From Octopus sinensis (Eukaryota), in NCBI RefSeq assembly GCF_006345805.1, contig NC_042998.1, positions 159,092,001 to 159,156,000 of the forward strand: a stretch of 64,000 bases of DNA, in the 5' to 3' direction. Every line of letters starts with the position of its first letter. Position 1 is the first letter of the stretch. Position numbers and translations under genes: made by a program. The notes under the pieces are model-generated. The model saw only the letters and a list, made by a program, of their open reading frames with translations, was not told the DNA's origin and ran no database searches. Positions 27,683 through 42,719 of this stretch are shown here, piece by piece.

Positions 27683-30521
27683 AAATCCGACCGATCTAAT
27701 GTTTAAAGCTAAGAACGATGTCGCTGGAGTGCACATGGAATCACGTGAAGTTAATTATTGGAATATAAATATTCTTATATACACAGCAGTTATTACTCTT
27801 GAAGAACAACTCGGAGAAATCTACAGTAAATAAAGTAACGAAATTACTAAACGGAAATTACTAAACCTAGATGAAAAACAAAATTTGAAGAACAAATTGC
27901 GCCGCCATATTGGATGGTTAACTACAACAATAAAATGTAAGGAGAAAAATGAGTTTACACCTCACCAACTCTACCTTAGACAAAAATTATCGAAACTTTA
28001 TCGCATGCAAATTTTTGAACGAGCCAGTATCAATCGCAAGTTTGCTTCCAACCCACAAATATCATACAGAGAGATGGGGACGGAAAACATTACTATTAAG
28101 AAAGCTCCAAGAAGATCTGCAATCATTCTCGTGAAAATTTGGAACGAAAAGAGGGATTTCAACCTGAATGCATCATAGTTAAATACAACTGAGAAAGAAT
28201 ACTCTACCAACACTAACAGTAAAACATACAAAATTGGTGCAGAAACCTTCGCTATAGCAGTAGGCAAACTGAAGAATAGAAAGGCACCTGGAAGGAACCT
28301 TATAGTTGGATATTGGTACAAGAAGCTAATATTTTATAGAAACCAGTTGATATGTATGTTTAAAAGGACTATGGAAGGTCAAACTGATATACTAAATTGG
28401 CTTGCTACAGCAAGAACAAATCTTGTTGCCAAAAATGAAATAACCGAGATGGCAGGAGAGTACAGGCCCATTGCTTGCCAAAACTTTATGCACAAACTGT
28501 ACACAAGTAGCCTCAACCAATTCCTCCAGAACCATTGTGAGTCGAATATCATTGTGACTAATGAACAGGTTGGTGGGAAGAAGGGAGTGTGGGAATGTAC
28601 CGAACAACTTTTAATAAATAAAGCTAGCGTAGAAACCTTGTGATAGTATGGCTTGATTATAAGAAGGCATTCGACTTTATCCCCCTTTCAAGGTTTTTGA
28701 GGTGCCTATGCCTCGCAAAAGTACCTACCACCCTAATTGCTGCTATAGAGGGACTCACAAAGACATGGTCAACAGTTCTCACCCTTACAACTGAGAACAG
28801 AATAATTGTTTCAGATAGTATAAGCATCTCAAAGGAAATATTTCTGTACTTCTTTTCATTTTAGCACTGAGCCTATTATCGTTCCTACTGCAGAGAATAA
28901 ATGGTTACACGCTAGGATTTTCAACTGCCAGAAATATCAATGTAACTCATAATTCCTTTGTAGACGACCTGAAGATTTATGCTAAAAGAGTTAATACCAA
29001 GAAACAACTGGAATTAATAACAACATTTTCAACTGATATAGGCATGGAATTTGGCCAAAAGAAATGTTCCAATTTGGTTATAGAACGAGGAAAGTCAGTG
29101 CCCAAAATCCAAAACCTGTGCATGAAAGATCTCTCTATCTCCCTCATTCCACACAAAGAATGTTACAAGTATCTTGGCATTGATGAAAATGTATCATATG
29201 AAGGCACTGTGAATAAAGATAGAGTGACCCCGAGAGTACTGCACAAGACTTAAGAAAATATGGCAATCGGAACTCTCCTCTTAAAAGAAAACAATATCTC
29301 ACAATGCATTTTCAGTACCAGTGCTGATCCCAATATTTGGGATACTTGATTGGTCTGTAGAGGAAATCCACTCAAATCAACTGGGGAGATTCACAGAAAC
29401 AGTGATGTTGACAGGCTCTACCTAAGAAAAAATGAAGGAGGTAGTGGCCTGAGATTAGTGCAGACGGGCTTCAGATGCTGTATGGTATCACTCGGGTAGC
29501 ACCTACTGAACAACAACAGCAAAAATAAATATATAAATGCAGTGCTGAAAAGTGAAGAGCGCAACATTGTACGAGTTGGCAGTGAGCTTGTCAAGAAGAT
29601 GATCTCCTATACTGCCCCAAAAACAACTGGGCTCTATTACCTCAGAGAAGACCTGGATGGAGAGCACTCAGCATACAAAAGAAAGACTATGCATGGTATG
29701 TTGCCTGGAAGCTTGAAGAAGATAGTAGAACTGACGCGAAGCGCAGCCTGTCTTGGACACAAGACCACTACATCACATCACACTTTGAAGGCTATACGTT
29801 TGAAATCCAGGAACAGAAGATTGCCACAAAGCACCTGGTGAACAAGAGAGACTGTGACTCTCTTGTAATCCCAAGGTGCAACTGCAAGTGTCATATTTCT
29901 GTGGAAGACATCACGCATGTGATTAGCATCTGTCCTAAAATGTCGTCGCGGTACTACCTCCCAATGCAGCATGATGTTGTCGCTAAAACAATTTACAATG
30001 CCATCCGCAAAAAGACTGACCTGAAATAAACTTAGAAAATCATTCATACATTCATAAACTCCAACTCAAGGAATACTGGTGGAATATATCTATGAAATTT
30101 TTTGTCAAATGTAAACAGGCCGTATATTGTTGTTTGGGTCAGAGGGGCACACGTATGTACCATCATAAAGTTCAGCTGCCCTGCATATATAAATATCTCC
30201 TTGAAAATCAAAGAAAAAAAAATTCTATGGACAACTGCTTCGAAATCCCCAACTTCTATATCTAAACAATGAATTCATATTCATAACCATTATAATTGGA
30301 ACACTAGGTTTTGTTAGTAAATGCTTAAGTGAGAATCTGGATAAACTGGGATTTTCAGAAACAGAAATCGACCGACTAATTCGTACATTACAAGTGCAAT
30401 CTGTGTGTGAAACAGTAAAAATATGCAAGTCTATTCTCAAGTTCCAAATCTGAATATGTTTGTAGTTGGAAACTGGTTTCCTCCTCGGTGGAAGATTTAT
30501 AACAATTAAAAAATAGAAGAG
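27683..30521 (+). mobile_element. Decayed 2.8-kb R4-like RLE retrotransposon starting directly after (CATA)n
   Basis: YRPIACQNFMHKLY, EQVGGKKG..EQLLINK, WLDYKKAFD, FVDDLK (~28960), CYKYLGID, VEDITHVISICPKMSSRYYLPMQHD, NRPYIVVW..FSCPA; preceded by an ~85-bp CATA tract and followed by acatat. Confidence 0.9.
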
Positions 30522-30529
30522 ACATATAT

Positions 30530-32130
30530 GGTGGTTGTCTACTCCTTATGCACAATAGTTGTACCTACACCTTAGATCCATCATGGCATCTTATGTGACT
30601 TTTTAGACCAGACGTTGTATTGAAAAGATATTCACATAGATTGCATGTCCGATTTGGACCACTAAGAGCTGCAGTTAAGTTCTGATCTTGTGGATCGTAA
30701 AATGTCTTTTGAGGCCTCCGTTACAATTGCAGACCTTATGGCATACACGGCATTGATAAGTGGGTACAGATATATAGGCAGAATAGTTGGTGGAAGTTCG
30801 TTTTTCATGGGTCCTTAAATGAGATTTGAGCCCAGCAGAAGACAGGCATGGTCTGTCACAGGCTGTGCACACAGAAAGGTCACTGATATTCACCTTCTAG
30901 ATCGCAACGTTCTTTTTTAAATCTCTCTTGAGTGTTGCATGTGTTATCCTGGCCTCCTCAAACGATTTCACTCCACTCGACACTTTTGTTCACCATCCAG
31001 CTTGATCCGAAGCAAGAGCTTCTATGGCCTTTGGATCCATTCCGAGTGACTTGATTGTAGTCCTTATGCCGTCCTTAAACCTCTTTTCTAGGTTTACACC
31101 GATTGCATTTCCACTCTACAAGCTCGCCATAAAACAGCTGTTTGTGTGTGTGTTCACCCACCATTCGAACAATACAGCCAGACAATCGCATTTTATTTTT
31201 CAGAATCATTGATTTCATTAAAGTGATGCCTGCAGACGCAAAGGTATCTGTGGAGTAAAAATGCCCCATTTAATGTTTGAAATGCGGCGAAGGTATTTTT
31301 AGTGGAATTGTTCTAACAATTTGAAATGACTTTCGGTTCGTAAAGAACCAATTTGATGTTATTAGTTATATGTCGTTGGCTCCAAACCACCAATTTCGTG
31401 ACTCCAAACCACCAATTTCATGACTCCAAACCACCAAATGCTTGTGCTGCCCTTTGAATACGCAAATGTGTTTCTATGTCAAGATTTCCATTATTTTGTA
31501 CAGAGATTCCAAGCTAAATGAAAGAGTCAAAAATCTCAAGTAACTTACCTTTAACAAAAATTTAAAGTGGGTTGCAAACAGCACCACGTGCAGGTTGAAG
31601 CTTTACAACTGTTTTCTTCAAGTTGATGGTCAAGCCAAAATCAAAACAAGTTGTGTCAAATGCAAATACAATAGATTGCAGGCCCGTTTCAGAGTGACTG
31701 ACTAGATCTCAATCGTCAGTATATAAGAGTTCCCTAAGAGCATTTCGATTAGCAGTATCGAATACCTTGCTTAAATCAACAAAGCAATGGTATAGAGCAA
31801 GATTCTGTTCAAAGTGCATTTCCTGTAGTTGTCTGATACTAAAGATACAACCAACTGTGAAGGAATGAAAACCACATTAAGACTCAGACATTATGGAGGC
31901 ATTTAAACGTTCTAACAGAATGCAGGCAAGTGCCTTTCCAACTACTGACAAAAGCGAAATCCCACAAGAATTTCTACACAAATACTTTGGCCCCGATTCA
32001 TACAAGGAGACTAAAATGGCATCAATCCAGTTTTGAGGCACTTGCTCGGTTCTCCAACAGTAACAAATTAATATATTGAAGAGTTCAAGCATTTTGTCAG
32101 GACCTATGCACAGATTCCATCAGACCCTGA
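30530..32130 (-). mobile_element. Decayed, internally deleted RTE-clade LINE with C-terminal C2H2-like motifs
   Basis: VPQNWIDAILVSLY...GISLLSVVGKALACILLERL (31877-32092); RLSGCIVRM..KQLFYGEL (31075-31269); CTACDRPC..GLKSHLRTH and CRVC..GLKRHFTIH (30675-30893). Confidence 0.88.
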
Positions 32131-32951
32131 AGACTTATTTTTACACAGCTTATTCACAGCTAAATAAATGATGATTCTTTTCATCACGCTCATGTCAACG
32201 GATGATAGTCTACGCGAAAGTGCACAAAAATGTTCTGCCAGCGCTTAGGAACAGAAGCGGTGTCAGTCAAAAGCAAATGTCTATTTACTGTTCTCACTGG
32301 TGCTATTGAAAAAGGTTTACCTCTTTAACATAAGAGTATCGAAGAAGATATACCTCCTTAACATAAAAGTACAAACCCTTGGCATCATTTCTATCAGCTG
32401 CTTCTTACACCCCTTTTTCTCTGTCATTCCACCATTCCTGTTTAATTTTCCACATACATAATACAAACATACATACACGCACGCACGCATACATATACAT
32501 ACACGTTTATATAGTTTTTAAAGGGGTTGAATGTGAGTTCGTCCTTTAATTTGAGTAATTTCAAAAGATTTCTCACGTTTCTTCATACTTTACTTTTGAA
32601 TATACTAGTATAGGTTTGTGTAGATATGAAAATTTTTATACAAATATGTATATGATTTAACATATATATGATTTAACATATATATGATTTAAGTATATGA
32701 TTTAACAACTTATTAAACAGAGTTCAAAAAATTTATTCATATTTACGTAAATGGAGGAGATTAGATGTTAATATAAATGGTAATTTTTTAATTCATGTAG
32801 CTATACAATTTTTTGATACAGAAAAACAAGAATTTCATATTTAAGAATCTGAGTTGTCAGAAATTACTCGTCAGTAGCTCATTATATAAACTAAAAAGAC
32901 GTTAGAATTACATAGGTATGGTGTTATTAATCATTTTGTAATGTGTTATTG

Positions 32952-32987
<36 letters not shown>

Positions 32988-33049
32988 TCATGTATATATT
33001 TCGAGTTACGCTAAGAAGCAGAGTAGGGTACCGGAATATTCGACTCCAG

Positions 33050-34425
33050 TAAAATAATATAACAAGCTACTCCAAATCGTTGATAAAGTATTCGCCTAAG
33101 TGGAGTCAAACAGGCTTGTTTGTAGTGGCATCGTTTCAGGTTTGCATAATATATAATAGGAAATGCATCCATTACGTAATCCTTCTTCAGTCAAAGCATT
33201 TCAAAAATAACGTACATATTGTTACGGACCACCTGCCGTCGCCCGGTCGATCAGCGAATGTTTTCGCCACGGAGACTCAGAGAGGAGAGAGAGATACGAC
33301 AACAACAGCAGCAGCAGCACAGAGGCAATCGAGAGAGACACAAAGAGGCAAGGCACAACTGGCTTACATTTAACAACTAGTTTATATGACAATCAATTGT
33401 TACAACATCAATTACATTTAAAGATACATCAGGTAAATACAAGCAAGTAACAGAATCAACACATCATACAGGTATACCACAGATCAAAGCATTTAAACAT
33501 GCAGATACAATATAACCGTCCGGTAACAACACATCAAGTTCAATACATCAGCATTTCAAGAGTACACGTCCGAAGACACAGTTCTATTTCAAAACACATT
33601 AAATGCATATACAGTTCGAAGGACATTAAAGGCTTAACAGTTCAATGTTCATTATACAATGTTCTAATCACAACACTGTACACAATGTCCTTACACATTT
33701 CACATTGTTCTTTTCACTGTCTCATTTCTTTTCACTGTTCAATACATCGATTCCTTGTCCTTCTTTTTCTTCACATATCAATACACAATTCACGTACCTT
33801 ACATTAGCCAACGCCTCATATTGTACCTCATCTCTCTCAGTACTGCTAGCTCCAACTTGCCAAACTCTTGCCCCGAATTCCCAAATCCTCGCTCCTAAAA
33901 TCCCAACTGCTCGCTTTGACGACCGAATACCGACTGTTGCTCTATCACTACCCTCAATCTGTCTCTGCACTGCTAATATCCTCTCTATCTGCTCTCAGAT
34001 TCCTTAATCTACCTATCTTCATCGACGCTGCTGCTGTCACTCTCTCATGGCAGCTCTCAGATCCCTTACTCTGTCTTTCTCACTACTTTCTTCTTCCTCT
34101 TCTTCACTGTCACTAGATTATTCCTTACTCTATCTTCCTCGGCCCCTTCTTGACCGGCGAAAGGCCAAAGATCCCTCCAAAAGCCATTACTCTTCCAGTA
34201 AACAAAGGGCTGTAACTTTTTATTCCAGACTCTTCGTCTCCACTCTCAACAAAGTAGGTCAAGAAATACTGTACCAGCCGAATCACAACAATATTAAATG
34301 ACTTCAAAATATCACAATTTTTTTTATATTGTAACTAATACGATACGATGGCAGTACAAAGTAACTGGTCTTGACTCCACTTATGTGGATTCTCTAATAA
34401 CGATCTGGAGTGGTTTGTTATATTG
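33050..34425. repeat. Segment bounded by diverged ~80-bp inverted repeats (33055-33135 and 34345-34425) with hammerhead-like remnants
   Basis: Reverse complement of left arm gaaacgatgccactacaaac...ttgactccactta...aacgatttggagtagcttgttatatt vs right arm gatacgatggcagtacaaag...ttgactccactta...aacgatctggagtggtttgttatatt. Confidence 0.7.
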
Positions 34426-34881
34426 TGTAATATACATATATACACACATATATGAGTGTGTGTGCGCACTCACATTTGTCTGTCATATAGTAATGAGTCT
34501 TCGTTTATCAAACTTTTGACAAATTTGATAAAATGTAATAAACCAACTAACAGAAGTCACTTGAATAACATTCTTTCTTATATATGTAGATGTATAACAG
34601 TTATTCCGTTTCACTCATAAAGCTGTCAACTGAACCAAAACTTTCCTAAGTCTGAGATGTAAGTTATTTATATATTGAATATTTGCTCTGTGAATCTTTA
34701 CGAATCTGCATTAAGCTCCCTTTCTTTCTTTCTTTCGCCAACCTTCTCTCCCTCTCTCTCTCTCTCTCTCTCTTTCTCTCCTTCTTTGTGCATGTGTGTT
34801 TAAGTTGGTTAAGCATTGGTCGGGAAGATTTATTTTTCTGGTATAGTATTTCTTTACTGATCGGGAGCCAGTAAACTCGTA

Positions 34882-34913
<32 letters not shown>

Positions 34914-34933
34914 TAATAATAATAATAATAATA

Positions 34934-35358
34934 AGACCTACCAAAAACTGAGCAAATATAAAGATCTTGAAATAGAAATCAGCAAAATGTGGAAGCTGAA
35001 GACTAAAACAATATCTGTTGTCCTAGGTGCCCTGGGAATGATAGCGCAAGGGACTGATTGCTACCTAACTCAGATACCAAGAAACCCCAAAATGGCAGAA
35101 ATTCAAAAGATAGTGCTCATGGGAACTGCTCATGTCCTACGCAAAATACTCTCTATGTAATCCCAAGGTTTAAAGCAAACTTTTTTAAATTTATTTATTT
35201 ATTTATTAATTTTTTTATGTATTAGACATTTACTAGTACAACACCCCCCCAAAAAAAAACAAATATATGGCACAGAACTTCCAACCTGTTGTCTCTTGAG
35301 GTCTCTGGGTGAGACTTGGAGCCAACTTGTACAGACATAAAGAAAAAGTCAAACATAG
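34934..35358 (+). mobile_element. 3'-terminal fragment (F) of the element-C Dong-like family, flanked by (AAT)n
   Basis: KTYQKLSKYKDLEIEISKMW...GTAHVLRKILSM* plus the same 3'UTR as 7495-7685 and 8431-8614. Confidence 0.93.
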
Positions 35359-35365
35359 AATGATG

Positions 35366-35415
<50 letters not shown>

Positions 35416-35437
35416 CATAATAATAATAATAATAATA

Positions 35438-35476
<39 letters not shown>

Positions 35477-35484
35477 TGATGATG

Positions 35485-35533
<49 letters not shown>

Positions 35534-35553
35534 TAATAATAATAATAATAAAT

Positions 35554-36006
35554 GACCTGATGCAGTACCTGGCAGTGGCTCTCATGACTTCTGATCTTAA
35601 CTGATTGGAAGTATTATCATGTTCATCGTTTTGTCTTGGTATAAAGGATGGCCTACAGAAACGATTCAGCTTAATACCAGATTTGCTTATCAGTTGTTTG
35701 ACCTTAACCAGTTGAACATGTCCCTTAGTGGCTGACGATGTATGCATCTCTGATACCGAGCAGGGTAGTGTGGGGAGAATCATAGCCATGTGCTGAGAGG
35801 AATTCTTTGAGGTTTGGATAATTCACCTTTGGAAACATGGGTGTTCAACATCCTTAAACAACCCTTATTCAGGGATCTTTTGAGCGGGATGGGCTACTCG
35901 ACCAGAAGAAAATTCTAACTAGACCCCACATGCAAGGTCATGCGCTAAGATCACCATGTCGCGCACAAATGGTTATGATGCTTGTGCCTGGTGTACCTTT
36001 ATCAGA
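35554..36006 (+). mobile_element. Non-coding AAT-associated module (copy 2), 3'-truncated and fused to element G
   Basis: Colinear with 38684-39122; homology stops at tttatcaga|tcggc. Confidence 0.88.
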
Positions 36007-38683
<2,677 letters not shown>

Positions 38684-39203
38684 ACTAGGCAATGGCTTTC
38701 ATGGCTGCTGATCTTAACTGATTGGAAGTGTTATCATGTACATTCTTTTGTCTTGGTATAAAAGATGGGCTACAGCAAATACTCTGCTCAATACCACAGA
38801 TTTGCTTGTCAGTTGCTTGGCCTTAGTGGCTGCCAATATGTGCATCTCTGATCACAAGCAGAAGTAATGGGGGAGCATCATAGCCGTATGTTGAAAGGAA
38901 TTCTTGGAGATATGGATAAGTCACCTTTGGAAACATGGGTGGTTCGTTCAACATCCTTAAACAATCCTTATTCAGAGATCTTTTGAGCGGGATGGGCTAC
39001 TTGACCAGAAGAAAATTCTAACTAGACCCCACCTGCAAGGTCATGCACTGTTTATCTTGATATGAGATCACCATGTTGCGCACATATGGTTGCGATGCAT
39101 GTGCCTGGTGTACTCTTATCAGACGGGTAGTCATGATGAGTATACTGGGCTTCGTATATTTTACCCCAGTGTCACTTTGATGGCATGCACTGCTCTCTCA
39201 CTC
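38684..39203 (+). mobile_element. Apparently complete ~520-bp non-coding module (copy 3), bounded by (AAT)n on both sides
   Basis: (AAT)n-ctaggcaatggctttc...gcactgctctctcactc-(AAT)n; no ORF, no A/B boxes recognised. Confidence 0.85.
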
Positions 39204-39215
39204 AATAATAATAAT

Positions 39216-39428
39216 AATCCTTTCTGCTATAGGCACAAGGCCTGAAATTTTGAGGGAGGTGGTATGTCTATCACAGCAACCCCAGCACATGACTGATATT
39301 TATCGACCCCGAAAGGATGAAAGGCAAAGTCGACCTCGACGAAATTTGAGCTCAGAAAGTAATGATGGACGAAAATACCGCTAAGTATTTTGTCCGGCAT
39401 GCTAATGATTCTGTCAGCACGTCGCCTT
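39216..39428 (-). mobile_element. tRNA-derived SINE (family 3)
   Basis: Minus strand aggcgacgtgctgacagaatc...gagctcaaatttcgtcgaggtcgactttgcc; inverted relative to 40039-40234. Confidence 0.8.
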
Positions 39429-40038
39429 GTGTAATAATAATAGTAATAATAATAATGATGATGATTTGAAGTTGCACTTGTTGGTGCATTACCTTTGCTA
39501 TATCATTGCCACTTTCACCTTCCGGCCATTGCCTCGAACCAACTTAGGAGTTTCTATGCAGCCCCTTAAACTGCCTTAAGAAACGAATAAGACATTGGAT
39601 AATGTAACCCTTGATCTACTAGTATTGCCGAGAAATGATGGTTAGAACGTCTTTGATCATCGGTCACTCTGCTGCCATTGTCACTGCAAATATACTAAAT
39701 ATTTATTCTGGCCAACAGGAAATAATAAAAAAAGTTGTGATTTTCATGACATTTTAAAATGATTATGCTTTATATTATCATGCACGTATTATTTATATTT
39801 ATAGATGTTTGATAGCCTTCTGTTGCGTCTACACATCTGTCCACTTGTTTATGTGCTGAAAGTGTAAATATATCATAGAAAGAAAATATTCCACCTAAGC
39901 GACAACAGTAAGATATTCAGTTGCTGTAAAAGTATAAACTAAACAAAAATATATTCTATTCTGTCAAAAACTTATTTTAAAATAGGTGAGTTGTACCGAA
40001 AGTAATGTAAAAGAAGGGATAATATTTGACTTAGGCTT

Positions 40039-40234
40039 AGGTGGCGAGCTGGCAGGATCGCCAGCACGCAGGGCAAAATGCTTAACGGCAGTGCGTTCGT
40101 CGTGCTGAGTTCAAATTCCGCTGAGGTCGACTTTACTTTTCACCCTTTTGGGGTCGATAAAATAAGTACCAATTGTACGCTAGGGGATGTGTAATTGACT
40201 TACTGCTCCCCCGAAATTTCTGGCCTTGTACCGA
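40039..40234 (+). mobile_element. tRNA-derived SINE (family 3)
   Basis: ggtggcgagctggcagg...gagttcaaattccgctgaggtcgacttt...ggggtcgataaaataagtacc. Confidence 0.8.
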
Positions 40235-40379
40235 AGGTGACTCTTCTATAGTCACTTTCTTCCTGCATTTCTTTGTTGCAGGCTGAAGCAACATACTGTT
40301 ATTGGTTATTAATAAAGGAGGGGTGCATGATGTTTGATACCCACGAAAGGCTACAAGCTATTTATAGTTTGAGAAGAGC

Positions 40380-41060
40380 AATGTGGGACAGATTGCAGAA
40401 GAAGTAAAGGAAACTAAGACTGAAAAGTAATCATCCCCGATGACCACTGACGCGAATTGACTTGATTAACACGGCAGATGAGTCCAAATACGTTAGCTTG
40501 CAGCACAGCTACACTGTGATCAAAATTAATTACAAGAAGGTGAAGGAAGACTTTGGCGACTCAGTACTTGACAACTGATTTGAATGAGAGAAGGTGAAAG
40601 ATTTCTCTGATCTGATGGAAGCGTTTGAAGCCAATAAAGGTAGGTTCTTTCCGATCTGGTGAGAAGGGATGAAACTTGGGCGTATCTCTATGGACCGAAA
40701 ACGAAAGTACGATCCATGGAATGGCATGACAACCTTTTTTTCCAAGGCCTAAGTTCAAGAGCCCATGATTGGCACAAAAAATCATAGTGGCTGTTGTTTT
40801 ATGGAGATGACAAAGGCGTCATTTCCTTGATTATCTGGCTACAACGTGAACAACAAGCGGTAGATTGAGGCGCTCAAAAGCTTAGAGAAGGCATTAGGAG
40901 TAAGAGATAGAATAAGAATCTGAAAATGATCTTCGCCAAGACAGTGTGTAAACACACACTGACAGCTCAGGCACTCAGCAAACTGGATTGGTCAGCATTC
41001 CCCCATCCACAGTGAAGCTTGGATTTGGCACCTTATGACCTCCACCTGTTCGATTGTACG
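40380..41060 (+). mobile_element. Decayed mariner transposase fragment
   Basis: DETWAYLY, MEWH and PHP...DLAPYDLHLF remnants. Confidence 0.75.
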
Positions 41061-41422
41061 TATGTATATTCGAGTTTTGATTTTTTTTTCTTTAAGACAT
41101 GTAGTGAAAAAACGACTATGTTTTAATCTTCACATTGTATATTTTAAAGAGCATTTTACAGAGCATCTGTCATAATCAGCAAAGTTACTAATGACAAGGA
41201 CTTTCATATTCTTACAATGGTTACAAAGTGGTATTTACCATGCAAAAAAGAAAAGAAATAATAATAAATAAATAACTTATTGTCGGCATAGAAAATTAAA
41301 CGAATACAAGTAGAGTGCGACTCGACGAACTCAACAATAATGTACAAATATTTCAATATCCCGTATTTTGAAGATATAAAAAGGATTACGTACATACATA
41401 CATACATACATACATACATACA

Positions 41423-41454
<32 letters not shown>

Positions 41455-42719
41455 AATACTTAACTAATCTCAAACGTAATTCAAGTGATATACGAGTATA
41501 TCATTGTTATGATTTCTAAATCGCCAACTGCCGACTTCAGAAAAGAAAGACTATAATTAACACTATGGGTCGTTGTTTCTCTATTGGTGTTCCCCGAAAC
41601 CCAAGCATTCCGACAGAGGTAGCAGTTCCGAGAACTTTTTTTGTGCGCGTATTTGTTTCTTTCTTCGTATCTTTTCTATACTGGTACGGCATATTCGAAG
41701 TCTTGGCATCAGATCCTAGTAAGAATACCCTACAGGGAAATGACCTCTTAATAGAGAATAGCAGGGGAATTTGGTCTAGAAGTGTTGACAAAAACAACAT
41801 TTCAAAAAGCTTCTCTATGGCGTCTGATGAATTTAACTCAGCCTAAAACTTTTATAGACAGTTTCGTAATTTCTTTAATGTGTCATGAAAGGTTAATAAA
41901 GCTGTAAGGATTTCCCCAGAAACGCTAGAATAGATAGCCATTAGATAGAGTGTATTATCTTTTATATTTTGACAAGTATTCGTAGAAAACTGCTTTATGT
42001 CAGTAAATAAAAACTAGCTGTCGGTGTAGTGAAAGTAAACGGAATATTATAATGAACAGAATAAATGTAGGAATTACTTTACTTAATGAAGTAATACTAG
42101 AGAAAATGTATGTAAACAATTCTATTTTCTGACATTTCATCGTAGGAAGCTAAAACTGAATGTAAATAAAAGTAGACAGAGAAAATAAAGTAAGTTGTGA
42201 AATAAAACAAGAAAATCATCAGAGGTAATTAAATATAATGAAGCAAGTAATTATACATACTGGAGGTAAAACGAAAATCAGTCTACTCTTCTAATTCTAA
42301 ACAATTCCTCTCAGAAGGCGAAATGTAAAAAAAAACTAAATTATATAAAGCGACTTTTTTTATCCTATTATTATTTACTTTATGAGTGAATCCTTGTACA
42401 ATGAAATGACTCTAGAATCATCTACTTCCTTTTTCTAGAGTATTGTTTCATTAACCTCTACATTTATTATGTTCATTACTATATTTACTTTGCTTCTATA
42501 CGTCAATTATTATCTATATATTATTTAGTTTCATAAGGTAGTTTACTACGATGACTTGTCAATATGTATATCATACACTGCATTTTAGCTACTTACGAAT
42601 TGTGGCCTGAAACAACTGAGTCGACGGAATCATGGAAGCAGGGTCTACTGGATGGAATGGATGGCTGGAAGTGTTCTACAGACATGTAGAATAAAACAAA
42701 AACACCAAGAAATCATTAA

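Noticed and set aside
32846-32882. CUGACGA on the minus strand (also CUGAAGA at ~45110 and CUGAUGA at ~54025)
   Set aside because: No properly placed GAAA with stem II and cleavage triplet; too degenerate to call
35554-36006. HDV-like or twister ribozyme in the non-coding module
   Set aside because: No L3/P1.1 or L1 GAGG elements in the correct order on either strand; left as untested
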